From contig NMRA01000334.1 of the NCBI GenBank assembly GCA_002633005.1, positions 276,516-340,515 on the forward strand: 64,000 nucleotides of DNA, given 5' to 3'. Position numbers and translations under genes: made by a program. The notes under the pieces were generated by a model. The model ran no database searches. It saw only the letters and a list, made by a program, of their open reading frames with translations, and was not told the origin of the DNA. The number at the start of each line of letters is the position of its first letter. Positions within the stretch are counted from its first letter, which is position 1. This document shows positions 1 to 11,585 of this stretch, in pieces. Source of the stretch: Phoronis australis. Lineage: Eukaryota; Animalia; Phoronida.

Positions 1-1922
1 CATTTAATGATGAACAACTGTTGTGGCTTAATTTGGAAAAACACTTAGCAAAACTAACTTCCAAGTATGCATACTGTGGCGGAATTAAGAAATACGATTA
101 TGTCAGTGCTAACTGTAGCAGAGCCACAAAGTGTGCTAAAATGGTAGGAAATTAGGCATAACATTTCTGTAGCAGATAAAAGGTTGATTGGCGCAGGAGA
201 AGGCCGAGGTCTTCAATGCTCAGAAAGATTTCGGCAGGCAAGAGACTTGCCAAGAAAATGGCACAGTTGAGTCCGGGCATTCTAAAGGAAAGAACTGCAG
301 CCAGTTCCAGTTACTCGGTGCAACTTCTCTCACCCGACGGCGTTGTTTCACTATACCGCAACCTCAAACAACGTCAAAGAAACGAAACGCGGAGGGTGAG
401 ATATTTCAGAGTATTAATATTTATTCTTGGATACAGGTGTCTACCTCAAAATGAATAACCCACGGTCATTCTTTATGCCGATAGCAATGTTTTCGCCAAC
501 TGAAGAAGAACAGGAATCATAGACATCCCGCGCGCTCCGGCTATGGTTCTGACACTTCAAACTTACGATAGGTACCCGCAGAAAGTTCGATGTTGACCTC
601 ATTCTAATCTTCTCTGCAATCCACAGTCTGGGGACGAAACAATTCAAATCCGCTCCTCGAAATAGGGCTTGCTTAGCTGGAATTCAGAAGTGCGGTCATG
701 AGAGTGTTTTCACCTCTTGATTGCGAAGCAATCGAGTTAGCTGTAGTATCTTCATCAGCGCGTGCTCTCAGCGGGAGGTCACCGCTTTATGCACTCAAGG
801 GCTCGACAACAACTAAACTGACGAGAGTCTCAGAACTCCCACATGCAAATTTGATATGCAAATGAGGGAGTACTTGACTACTGCGCCATCTATACATCGA
901 CGGAAAACCTTAAATACCCGTGACTGCGTGTGGGAAATTGCGATTGCGTGCGCTGAAGTCGATATTTTCAAAGTACAATTACACCACTGTTTAAGGTTGA
1001 AAAGTGAGTTTTTTGATATCCTTCTATAGAAAAAGCTTTAATCTCTCTGATAAAATCATCTGTTTCTTTTTAAACGAAACTTAAGCCCTGAAATTAGTCC
1101 GGGGAAGGAGGCCAAAAACGGCGGTTTAGCTAGTTGTCCCTTCCTGGTTATCTCTTCCTGGTGCTACGTACGAGGAAGAACTTCAGTAGATCGGCTGTTG
1201 ACCTCTCTCTGGAACAGTGTTCTCCAAAAAGGCTGAAAACACCTCTGCGGCACCTGATATTGAGTACGTACGGCCGTGTTAGATTCCGTGGAAACTATCA
1301 AAGCTGTAACGTAGATTAAACATTCTGTTCATGTTGCGAACATGTTATTCACAGTTCGTGGGTTATAACGTGTCCTGATAGTTTTTCAGTGAGATTGACA
1401 ATCATTTCATTTGCACGTCGCAGGTATGCGGGCAATGGAACTATTCGCTTTTTGTCTTTATAGTGATTATAAAACACGTTCGAATTAATTATTCATAGAT
1501 TTTCTTTATGGTGCTCAGTCACCGTGGCGACGACCCCGGGCATCCACATTGGGCGAGGGGGTTGCAGTTGAATTAAATAAAGATTCTAGTTTATGCTTTA
1601 CCTTCTTACTTTTATAATTAATAGTACAGGCCTGTAGCCGTGGGGTGCGGGGGGCGGGGGGTTCGATCGAACCCCTCCCCATCCGAAAACGTCCAGCCCC
1701 AGCATATTCGTTAAACATGGGATATGAATGGATAATAACAACAAAATTGTTACAGCTACTGGTGCTACTAACTACAATGATGCATGAAACTAAGTTAGTA
1801 ATAATTTTGAATTTGCCTCTAATTCAAAGCCCTTCACGTGTCATCGGGTCGTACTATAGGCAAACATCGCCTGAGTGCCGCTGTTTGTGTAGATGACAGG
1901 ATCATGCATATGATAAGAGGAG

Positions 1923-2064
1923 CGCCATTTAGTATAGTATAGTATTCGTGTTCACCAATAGATAGCGCTTGTGCCGCTCTCTCGCTCTCGTTGTTACTCC
2001 TGTGAAGTCGCAGTAAAGTATTGTCTATACAGACTTGTTGTGGTTCAGTCTAACCTTAGTGGCG
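1923..2064 (+). repeat. 5' LTR (142 bp)
   Basis: Direct repeat of 6868-7009; starts CGCCA and ends TGGCG. Confidence 0.95.
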
Positions 2065-2075
2065 TGGTGGCAGCG
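2065..2075 (+). promoter_or_regulatory. Primer-binding site, probably tRNA-Leu
   Basis: TGGTGGCAGCG directly abuts the 5' LTR. Its reverse complement CGCTGCCACCA matches the 3' end (with CCA) of eukaryotic tRNA-Leu as I recall it. Confidence 0.75.
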
Positions 2076-2195
2076 TTTCGGATTTCGAAAACCCAGTGTC
2101 CCGAGTATCACTAACAATCCCTAACTGTTCCACACGGCGTTAAAGTACGCTGCAGTGACAACTGACATTCTGTGACAATCCGATTCAAATCCAAG

Positions 2196-5100
2196 ATGGC
2201 GACGCGCGCACCGAAGCAATGGTGCCTAACCAAAACCGAAACGGTAACCTCATACGAGAGTTGGAGGCAAAACTTAGTATACACACTCGCATTGGATGCC
2301 AAGTTTGCTCCTTTCCTGTCGGACGATTGTTCATGGCTTAAACAGACAAAGGCCTCTCCCCTACGCGGCTTCGAAGACGATCCCGAAACTGTTGCCGAGG
2401 ACAAACGTAAAACCGCTGCACAGAAAAACTCCTTGAACTGATGTTAGGGCAGATAGCAAACTATTGTCCGATCATATCACGAAACACAATCGTCAAAAAT
2501 TCTACGTCATTACACAGCATCTGGCAGTCCTGAGGATCTCTACCAACGCCTCATGGCGTTCATCGAGGACAACCTTTTGCGGCAGGATACCGGCATTACC
2601 CACCACGGAGAGACAGTAACGGAAGACGAGGAGTTGACCCCCTCCCTAGAAAATATCGTCGTTTTAACATGGCTACAACTCTTACACCCAGAAATACATC
2701 GACTCGTTAAACAGCGCTATGGAACTGAACTCCGTTTGTGTACTCTAGCGAGCATCAAGCCAGAGGTATCGCAGGCCCTAGATTCCCTACTGGAAGAGAT
2801 TCATTATACTGATGAAACGCGGACCATGAGAGCATCAGTAGACAAATTCGCGAAGTCAAAACCCCCCACCAGATCGACTCTGCGTGGTAACCGTACCAAA
2901 GTATGCCCACTATGCCGAGAAGCTAAGCGTTCACACGACCATTTCCTCAGCGGATGCCCATTCCTCCCGCCTAGCGACCGGGCATATATGGCCAAAGCAC
3001 GACGCATCATTGGTTTGGCATGTGAAGACAGTGACAACACTACCGACGAGATTGACACCAATGAACCCCCACCCACATCGGCCACTCTATTCGACGACAA
3101 CTCCCCGAATACTAATCGATATCGAGGGTCAAAATCGGCATGTCACCTTACCTCGATGCATTCTGTGGCTACCATCCCGCACGTCTGACTGTTGACAGTG
3201 GTGCAACGGAAAATATGATTCGCACTTCCACTGCAGTATCCCTCTGCGCGACTATACACAAGTCACCACATTACGCACACCAGGCCGACGGAGTCTCGAT
3301 GCTCAATATCATCGGTGAGACCCGTCTCAGATTCACACGCGATGGCCTTACACTTTAGTTCGAAGGCTTAGTAGTCGAGACGTTAGACACAGAAGTACTC
3401 ACTGGCATTCCGTTTATGGAACACAACGATGTTGCCGTTAGACCTAAGAAACAGCAGATCGTCATACAGGAAACGCATACCTAAACGTACGGCCAGTCTC
3501 ATACTCCGACCAGTCACCATGCGGTTCGTCGTGCACACGTCCTACGATCTCCTTCTAAGACCACTACGTTATGGCCAGACGATTACGTCGAACTACCGTT
3601 ACCCAAGCAAATCACCACCGACAACGGTGTGTACGCCATCGAGCCCCATAACACCACACCACGCCAAGACACGACTTGGCCGCCACCCGGACTAGTGTCA
3701 GATGTCGCAGGACGTTTGCGCATCCCGAATTTAACCGCCGACCCAGTAAAATTACGCCGTATTGAGCACATATGCCAAGTACGTCAAACGTCGATCTCGA
3801 CGACCTCGCTACCCGAGCGTGGCATCAGCCACCCAACCCAACAGCGCAACACTCCTCAGCGGACCCCCTTTTCCAACAATATCCAACTGGATCCAGACCA
3901 GGTCCTCCCTGGCGCGATAAGAGACAAATTTCAACAGTTGCACTTGCAGTATGACGAGGTCTTCAACCCCTCGTTCAAAGGTTGTAATTGCGCCGTTGGC
4001 AATTTTGAGGCCAAAGTTAATATGGGCCCTGTCCTTCCTCCACAACGCAAAGGGCGCATCCCACAGTACTCGACGCGCCATTTCCAAGAACTACAAGAAC
4101 AGTTCAACGATTTAGAATCTATAGGAGTGTTCAAACGCCCCGAAGATGTCGAAGTGTCCGTAGAGTATGTGAGCCCTTCATTCTTGGTCAAGAAACCAAA
4201 TGGGGGATTTCGTCTCGTTACAGCCTTTGCCGACGTCACACGGTATAGCAAGCCACAGCCATCTGTCAGACGTCTATTCCATCCTATGCAAAATAGCACA
4301 ATGGCAGTTCATTATCGCTACTGACCTCACCAAGGCTTATCACAAATTCCCTTGTCGAAAGACTCTATGAAATACTGTGGCACCGCAACACCCTTTAAGG
4401 GTGTTCGAGTATATGTAAGATCTGCCATGGGCATACCCGGGTCGGAAACGGCCCTTGAGGAGCTGACTTGCAGATTCCTCGGCGATCTTGTCCAGGAATG
4501 CATTGTGGCTAAGCTAGCTGACGACCTATATATTAGCGGCAATTCACCGGAAGAACTACTCCAGTCGTGGGAACGAGTGCTCCACGCTTTGGAAGAGTGT
4601 GACCTTTGCTTGACCGCCCCCAAAACTATAGTAGCGCCTCGACGTACAACCATTCTCGGTTGGATTTGGGAGTCGGGTTCCATCCGTGCGAGTCTACATC
4701 GCATAGCCACACTGTCCAGCTGCCCGCCTCCAGCCCGCGTGCCCGGCTTACGTTCATTCGTTGGCGCATACAAAGTGTTAGCTCGCATCATTCGAGATTG
4801 TTCATCCGTGTTGGCGCCTTTAGATGACATCATGGCTGGTCGAGATTCGACCGAAACGATCTCTTGGACAGACGAGCAATTATCTGCATTCAAGAACGCC
4901 CAACAAAAGTTACACGATCACCGGTCCATAACTCTGCCTCGTCCTTCCGATCAACTGTGGATCGTCACTGACGGCTCAGTCAAGAGGCGCGGGTTAGGCT
5001 CCACCCTGTATGTCACTCGCGGTGACAAACTATTGTTGGCCGGTTTCTTCAGCACAAAGGTACGCAAAAATCAAGTGAACTGGTTACCGTGCGAAATCGA

Positions 5101-6838
5101 AGTTTTGTCCATCGCCGCTGCCATAAAGCATTTTAGTCCCTACATCGTTCAGTCCGCACTCCACGCTTGTGTCTTGACGGACAGTAAACCTTGCGTCCAA
5201 GCATTCAAGAAGCTTTGCCGCGGACAGTTTTCTGCGAGCCCACGCGTTTTTACGTTTTTTTCCACTGCCAGCCGTTATAACGTCTCTATACGCCATGTTG
5301 CTGGAGTATCCATCTTACCGTCAGATTTCTCAAGCCGCAACGCCCCAGACTGCACAGATATGACATGTCAAGTTTGTAGTTTCGTAAACCAGGTCGACGA
5401 TTGCGTAGTCCGACACGTATCGGTAAGCGACGTCCTAACCGGCTCACTTCGACTTCCCTTCACCAAGAGGGCGCCATGGATACAAATTAGGCGGAATGTT
5501 CCGATTTATGCCACACGTGCGCACATTTACGCCAGGGAACTCGACCTTCCAAGAAACTAACGAACATCTGCAATGTAAAGCGTTACCTCAACGTAGCAAC
5601 AGTGTCAAAGTATGGTTTGGTCGTCGTGAAGCGGGATGTACCGTTTGCACCTGGCCCGCGAGACTGTATCGTAGTACCCCGTCAGTTCTTACCCGGCTTA
5701 CTCACAGCACTCCACATCACATTAAACCACCCATCCAGGTACCAGCTGAAGACTGTGTCCCAGCGCTACTTCTTCGCTGTTGACTCGGACAAAGCTATAT
5801 CTGACGCGTGTGAAGGTTGCCACACTTGCCAATCGTTAAAGCAGTTACCACCCGTAGTCCAACCACAGAGTTCTGGAGATCCGCCATAGACCATAGGCCA
5901 CTTATTTGCCGCCGATGTCCTCCGACGGGAACGCCAATTGATACTTGTACTTCGCGAGTGCATGACTTCGTATACCACCGTTATGTTGATCTCACACCAT
6001 CCTTCGTGACAGCCTACTCAACCTATGCGTAAACTTTCGCCCGCTGGATGGACCCAATTTCGTACCGACGTCGCACCCGGCTTTGCAGCCCTCCGACGTG
6101 ACGAGCTCCTGAACCGCCACCGCATATCAGTGGAAGTTGGACGAGCCAAAAACGTGAACAAAAATCCCGTTGGAAGGTGAACTATGTAAACAAGACCCCT
6201 CACGGGGCGCCGTTACGCCACTCTCACTATCCTTGGCCGTCGCTCAACTCAACACCCGACTTCGGAATCGAGGCCTCTCAGCACGAGAAATGTGGTCTTC
6301 ACGCGACCAATTCACCAACGCGACTTTGACACCCACGGACGATTCTCTAATCTCACGCCAACATGAACTACGCACGGAAAACCACCCGCACAGTGAGCAG
6401 TCGAAAACACCATCTGGACTCAGTGCTCCTACCGTTCACATCGACGTAGGCGACATCATTTACCTACGAACCGACGCATCCAAGTTACATGTACAAGGTC
6501 GTGACAGGTATTTAGTGGTTTCTACTGAAGGTGATTGGTGCAACATTAGAAAATTCGCCGGATCACAGCTTCGTAAGTCATCCCATCGTATCCGCAAAAA
6601 GGATTGTTTCAAATTACCATGCACTACGTACCCTGCCTGTTCTTCATATTCTCCCGACGAAGACGTTATTGCCTCAGACAGCGATCGGATTGCGTTCAGC
6701 CGGCGGACACCGCTTCCCCCGATGGCGACAAGAACCCACTTTTGCCGCCGCGCATACCACATGCGATCAGCGCACCATGTCTTCCCGAGCGGAATGAGCC
6801 CGATAAATAACTCTTTACGAAGAGTACGTGGGAGCTAA
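2196..6838 (+). pseudogene. Disrupted gag-pol polyprotein of the LTR element
   Basis: Gag starts [15 protein letters not shown] and has a zinc knuckle CPLC..H..C (~2900-2960). Protease LTVDSGAT (~3185-3210). RT motifs LVKKPNGGFRLV and KLADDLY (~4510-4530). RNase H VTDGS. Integrase zinc finger H..NHPS..CEGCHTC and core AADVL / RTDVAPG. Split over at least 7 ORF pieces by frameshifts, stops and deletions. Confidence 0.92.
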
Positions 6839-6847
6839 ATTGACTGC

Positions 6848-6864
6848 AGGGGAAGGAAGAGAAG
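6848..6864 (+). promoter_or_regulatory. Polypurine tract
   Basis: AGGGGAAGGAAGAGAAG, 3 nt upstream of the 3' LTR. Confidence 0.85.
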
Positions 6865-6867
6865 TCG

Positions 6868-7009
6868 CGCCAGTTAGTATAGTATATTATTCGTGTTCGC
6901 CAATAGATAGCGCTTGTGTCGCTCTCTCGCTCTCGTTGTTACTCCTGTGAAGTCGCAGTAAAGTATTGTCTAAACAGACTTGTTTTGGTTCAGTCTAACC
7001 TTAGTGGCG
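6868..7009 (+). repeat. 3' LTR (142 bp)
   Basis: Direct repeat of 1923-2064, followed by the TSD GAG. Confidence 0.95.
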
Positions 7010-7781
7010 GAGGCTTTATGTTATTCATAAACCACGCTCGTGGTGGCTACACCAAAGGGTAACAAGTGATTTCAAATGTGAATGTCTATACCTAAGCATA
7101 AAAGTCTAATCCTACGACCTTATTAAGCTACATATTTTGTAAATAGCATTGAGAGAGTTCCCAAACAATAGTGCGGTGTAAATGCCTTAAACTCGGCCAA
7201 GAAACAAAACAGCAGAAATTTGAGATTTGTTATTCTGCTATTTTGGTTTTAATTGCAAGCACAGTACGGTAGAGGTGTAGGCATTTTCAAATTTTGAATT
7301 GAAGGTGATCGTCAAAAATCCAAATATGTTGTTCATCCAGTACTGTCCACTTTGATGGAGGATTGGTGGATTGATATGATTGCCTGTACACGTTTGAACG
7401 TTTCTGTTCTTTTAAATTCAGTACACGCTGACGGTAAGTTCATTATAGGCAGTGCTCCGTCGTGCTAAAAATCCAGACATTCAACTACCGTATTTTCTTG
7501 CACTGGGAACACACCGTTGAGCATATTCACGTTATAATGGAAAAGTAGGCGTAGACCTCAACTTTGGTCAATGAAAATCTTCTCTAGTCAATCAATGTCA
7601 ATGGTGCACAACCCTGCAGACTTCATACGAGCTACAAATTTGATGGAAAAGATTTCCAAGATTCCATGTCACTATGACGAAGGTTCAATACTCCGAAGGT
7701 GCAGTACTCCGAATGCCCATTGCTCCTAAGGTTCGTTATCTTCTAAAATTCACTACCTTGAATTTCCAGTATTCCAAAACC

Positions 7782-8185
7782 AGGACCAGGTCTCTAATCT
7801 TTGTGCTCGAAACGAACTCCAAATTATTTTTGGCAATACCTCTGCTCCTTTTGTGCGAATTCAAGATAAGTGGTTATGAGACTGTGCTCGAATAAGTATA
7901 GTTTATGCATGTGAGTTTCTAGTCCAAGTTTGTACTTAAAAACCTGGCTTATATTCGTGCTACAACCTCGTGTAAAAACTCGAAATTTCGAGCTCAAACT
8001 CGAACTTTTAGCTTTAATGATGGATTTGTCAACTGCAAACTAGGACTAATAAATTATCCACGTAAGTCATTATGTACTCAAGCATATAGAGTAATAGACA
8101 CTTATCTGGAGTTCGCACTAAAGTAGAGCAATGCCAAACATAATTTCGAATTCCATTTCGAGTAAAAAGATTTGAGACTGGGCCC
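7782..8185. mobile_element. Degenerate MITE with ~120-bp inverted arms (Harbinger-like end)
   Basis: 7782-7900 is an imperfect reverse complement of 8068-8185, which ends TTGAGACTGGGCCC. It sits between short CCGAAGGTTC-type repeats at 7675-7780 and their inverted copies at 8715-8810, suggesting nesting. Confidence 0.6.
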
Positions 8186-9271
8186 AAAACTCCGACAGTT
8201 CACTACTCTGATTGTGTGATCACGACTCACTCTCAAGCAGAGACAACATCTGGGGCACGGCTACGGCGACCAACGGCGGTGTCAAAATTAAGAAGACTAA
8301 ATGGGACTCCCTGATTTTTTGAGAAGTGGCAGGGAGAGGGTGGCCTACTAACTTCATTTAGTTTCGACCTGGCCGTATGCGTCGCGCTGCCATTTGATCT
8401 TGACATGGACTTGATGAATTGTGTCATGATTGATAATCCATCAGTATTCCTACTTCGTATCATTTTAAAATGCAAGTGTGTACACATTTTAAGACATGCG
8501 GGCAATTTTGCATACGCATGAAATCTGTCTACGATTTTTAGTTGTGCTGGCCAGCTGGAGACGGTGGTCACTCTCCACATGGAATCCAAACCAATTGTTT
8601 TAGTGCCCTGGTGTTGTTTTCCGTATAGGTGCATCTAATAACCGAAATATCGTTCATTTTTTAATGTAAAAGTTTCAAAATCATATCTGAGTTTGAAAGT
8701 TGAGATATTTTAGGAGCGTTGAATCTTCGGATTGGTGAATTGTCGAACTATTGAACCTTCGGAATAGTGAACCTTCCTAGTAGTAAACCTTCGAAAGAGT
8801 GGGATGTTCCCATTTCCAGCGATGTAAGTAACTTAAGTAATACAACCAGATAAACAATTTTGTTAAGTCATTCACATACTAAACTTCATATTTCCGTTTG
8901 AGTATGCAATGAGGTGTAATCACTCATTTAAGCATGGCTGACTTGAAACTTTGTCAGGAGATAACGCGAGAATGTTCTCTTCCCCCTAATTAAGCTGAGT
9001 CAAAGGCCTTACGGAAATTTCTACAGTGTCGACGTTTGCAAAATACCGAAGGTCCACCGTTCTTGAAAATCGAACCACCCCCCGCTCAATGCTGGCTACG
9101 GGCCTGAATAGGATATACATGTACATGTACATGTATGCATTCGAGTAGAGAGATAGGGGCGTCTAATATAAAGTCGCGTCTGCATCAACCAAACCTCTCC
9201 ATGCTACTGCCCACCGCTAAAAATGTCTGTAAAACACCTTTTGCTGCATGCAGAATGTTGCTCGACATTAT

Positions 9272-9935
9272 GGAAATGGTTTCAAACGGTTACCTGGCGG
9301 GTAAATCTGGTCGAACTCAGATATTTGATCGTGTGTGGTGGGGCCAATCCAGTACTAGACTTGTCTCGCAGTGTTTATTCATGATACATGGGCTTACGTC
9401 GAATATTTTGCAACTGGTTTCATGCGGTTACCTGTTGGATTGATTTACCTCAAATTTCAACCCTTTCTTTAGTCGTCTGGCAGGGACACAACACCACTGA
9501 AATTGTCTAGCATCCTACTGTTATACGATGTACAGTGATGCTGAGCATCGTTCAATTGGTTTCAAACGGTTACCTCGTGGATTGATCTAGCTCAACTCAT
9601 GTATGTGGGTGTGTCTGGCGGGCTAACCCACCACTAGATTTGTCTGGCATTTTTCATTCGTGATACCTGGGCTAACGGTGAATGTTTTGCAACTGGTTTC
9701 ACGCGGTTACCTCTTGGATTGATCAAGCTCGATTTTTGCACCTTGTTTGTAACCGTCTGGCTGATACTTTCCACCACTGAAATTGTCTGGCAATGACCAA
9801 TTTTGATTGAGTGGATTACGTAGTAGGTATCCAAGGCAGTTTGAAGTGGTTACCAGAAAAGTTGATCTAGCTCAATTTTTAGTGTCATTCTCTTGGCTCC
9901 CCTGACCACACCCACCAGAGCGAACCTGTCAGACG
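9272..9935. repeat. Diverged tandem array of 5 x ~140 bp with a ~280-bp dimeric periodicity
   Basis: GGTTACC core recurs at 9288, 9426, 9568, 9705 and 9848 (spacings 138, 142, 137, 143). Shared motifs GATTGAT.TAGCTC, GTCTGGC and CACCACT..A.TTGTCT.GCA. Confidence 0.8.
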
Positions 9936-11585
9936 GCCATTTCCAAGCATCAGGATACCCATAGAGCAATGTGGCACCAAAGAAAATTGGTTACCTTTTC
10001 ATGCCCAAAAAAGCTCTGGGATCCCGGTCTATTTGGCTTTCCACTCAGAAATGACACTCGGTGTTCTGTGAATGATGTAACATACAGTACTCTTTGGAGA
10101 ACTGCCTTATAGCGGCAACTTTTTGTGAGTTTGTCGACCACGTTGTTCAAGCGTTGATTTAAATAAGAAAATGTGGCTAAAGCAACTGAAGCAGCTACGT
10201 GTACGTGTATTTTTACGGCGTAAACACCTTTTTCGTGCCACTAAATACAGCTTTTAGGAAGTTTCTAGTCATCACAGCCCCGTGAAAATTATACCTGATT
10301 TGGAAAGTCCATACCAAAACATCTTTCCAGTCGATTCGGAATGTGCTTTATAATATGGTTGCAATAGATGTTTTCTCCAATCTTCGGTACTTTTTTAAGA
10401 AACTTTCTCGGCAGTAGCTTTTACACTGTCCTGTTGATTTACCAAGATGAACATCGTTATTGGTATTAGACGGCAAACTCCCGTTTATAGTTGATCTTTT
10501 GACAGATGTTCACGAACGGGTTGCATACAAAATCTGCTTGCCAGTGCCTGAGTTGTACGTGATCTCAGAGATACATGTACTGTATGCTGGATTGTAGATT
10601 CGCATACCATGTCCTTGGTATCTCGTGTTTCAAATTCTTCGGCGAGTTGCTTTACACATGGAATACTGAATTTGTTTTGTCATGTTCTTCACTGATCATG
10701 AATTTCCTTAAGAGCTACGTCACAGAGTTTCAGATATTTTAACAAATATCTTTTTTCTTATTCAATGCCGCAATTTCATGTGCCTTCGTGGCACGTTTTC
10801 GACTACCCGTTGGATAGCTACACCATATGTCACTGATTCTGTTAATAGCTTGCTTGTTCCATTTTTCTTTTTATGCGTTTTAGGCCTGTAAGTACTACAG
10901 CTATATTGCGTAAGTAACAACAGTTGTCATTTGTCTGTTCTAACGCAAAACGCATTACAAAGTGCACCCCTGCATACGTGCGCTTGTTAGTTTTTACCCT
11001 GACCACGACATTGCTACGCGTGCGCGTATGCTTAAATTGGATAAACTTTTTTATCTGACAATTAATTATGAACTTTGAGACTCTAGCTTTTTAATACGTA
11101 AGTTTTGATACTTTTCGGTTTTAGCTTTTGCGTTACGTTGCAGGGCGCCTGAAGGCATCGTAAGGTCACCTTAAGGCACGGGGGCCCGGCCCTTTGATTA
11201 ATATGGCCTGATCTCGTGAAGTTTTGCGGAGCTTTCATTTTCCCGAGGTTCTGGCATGTGAGAAACACAGTCACCTGTGAAGTCCGATAATAAATCCCCA
11301 GTGATTCGGTTTCAGCCAAATTACCCACGATATCGGTCAACATAGGATAAAAATCCACCAAACTTTTATTTTTAACTCGTAATTGTGATTATGTAAATTT
11401 AATAACATTTTTATGAACACACAATATCTTTTTCAGTCTCTGCGACAGTTATAGAGGGTGCCGGTTCCATATTGTCTGCTGCAGATGCCAGCAATTAATT
11501 ATTCAGAATGCAAACTTTAAGCGACGTAATATAAAAGATGTATAAATTGCAGTCGTGAGAACTGAACAACAGAACTGGCTAAAAA

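Larger units (their letters stand above)
1923..7009 (+). mobile_element. Gypsy-superfamily LTR retrotransposon, Troyka-like, full length but decayed
   Basis: 142-bp direct repeats at 1923-2064 and 6868-7009 with 6 mismatches and CGCCA...TGGCG termini. 3-bp TSD GAG at 1920-1922 and 7010-7012. PBS follows the 5' LTR and a PPT precedes the 3' LTR. Internal order is gag, protease, RT, RNase H, integrase. Confidence 0.95.

Noticed and set aside
188-1319. Short ORFs at the window start
   Set aside because: No recognisable domains or consistent splice structure; probably decayed repeat.
2804-5978. Antisense and alternative-frame ORFs inside the LTR element, e.g. 4327-4893 (-)
   Set aside because: Shadow frames of GC-rich pol sequence with no recognisable motifs.
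9272-9935. CRISPR-like repeat-spacer appearance
   Set aside because: Eukaryotic context, degenerate repeats, a 140-bp period, homologous linkers and no cas genes.
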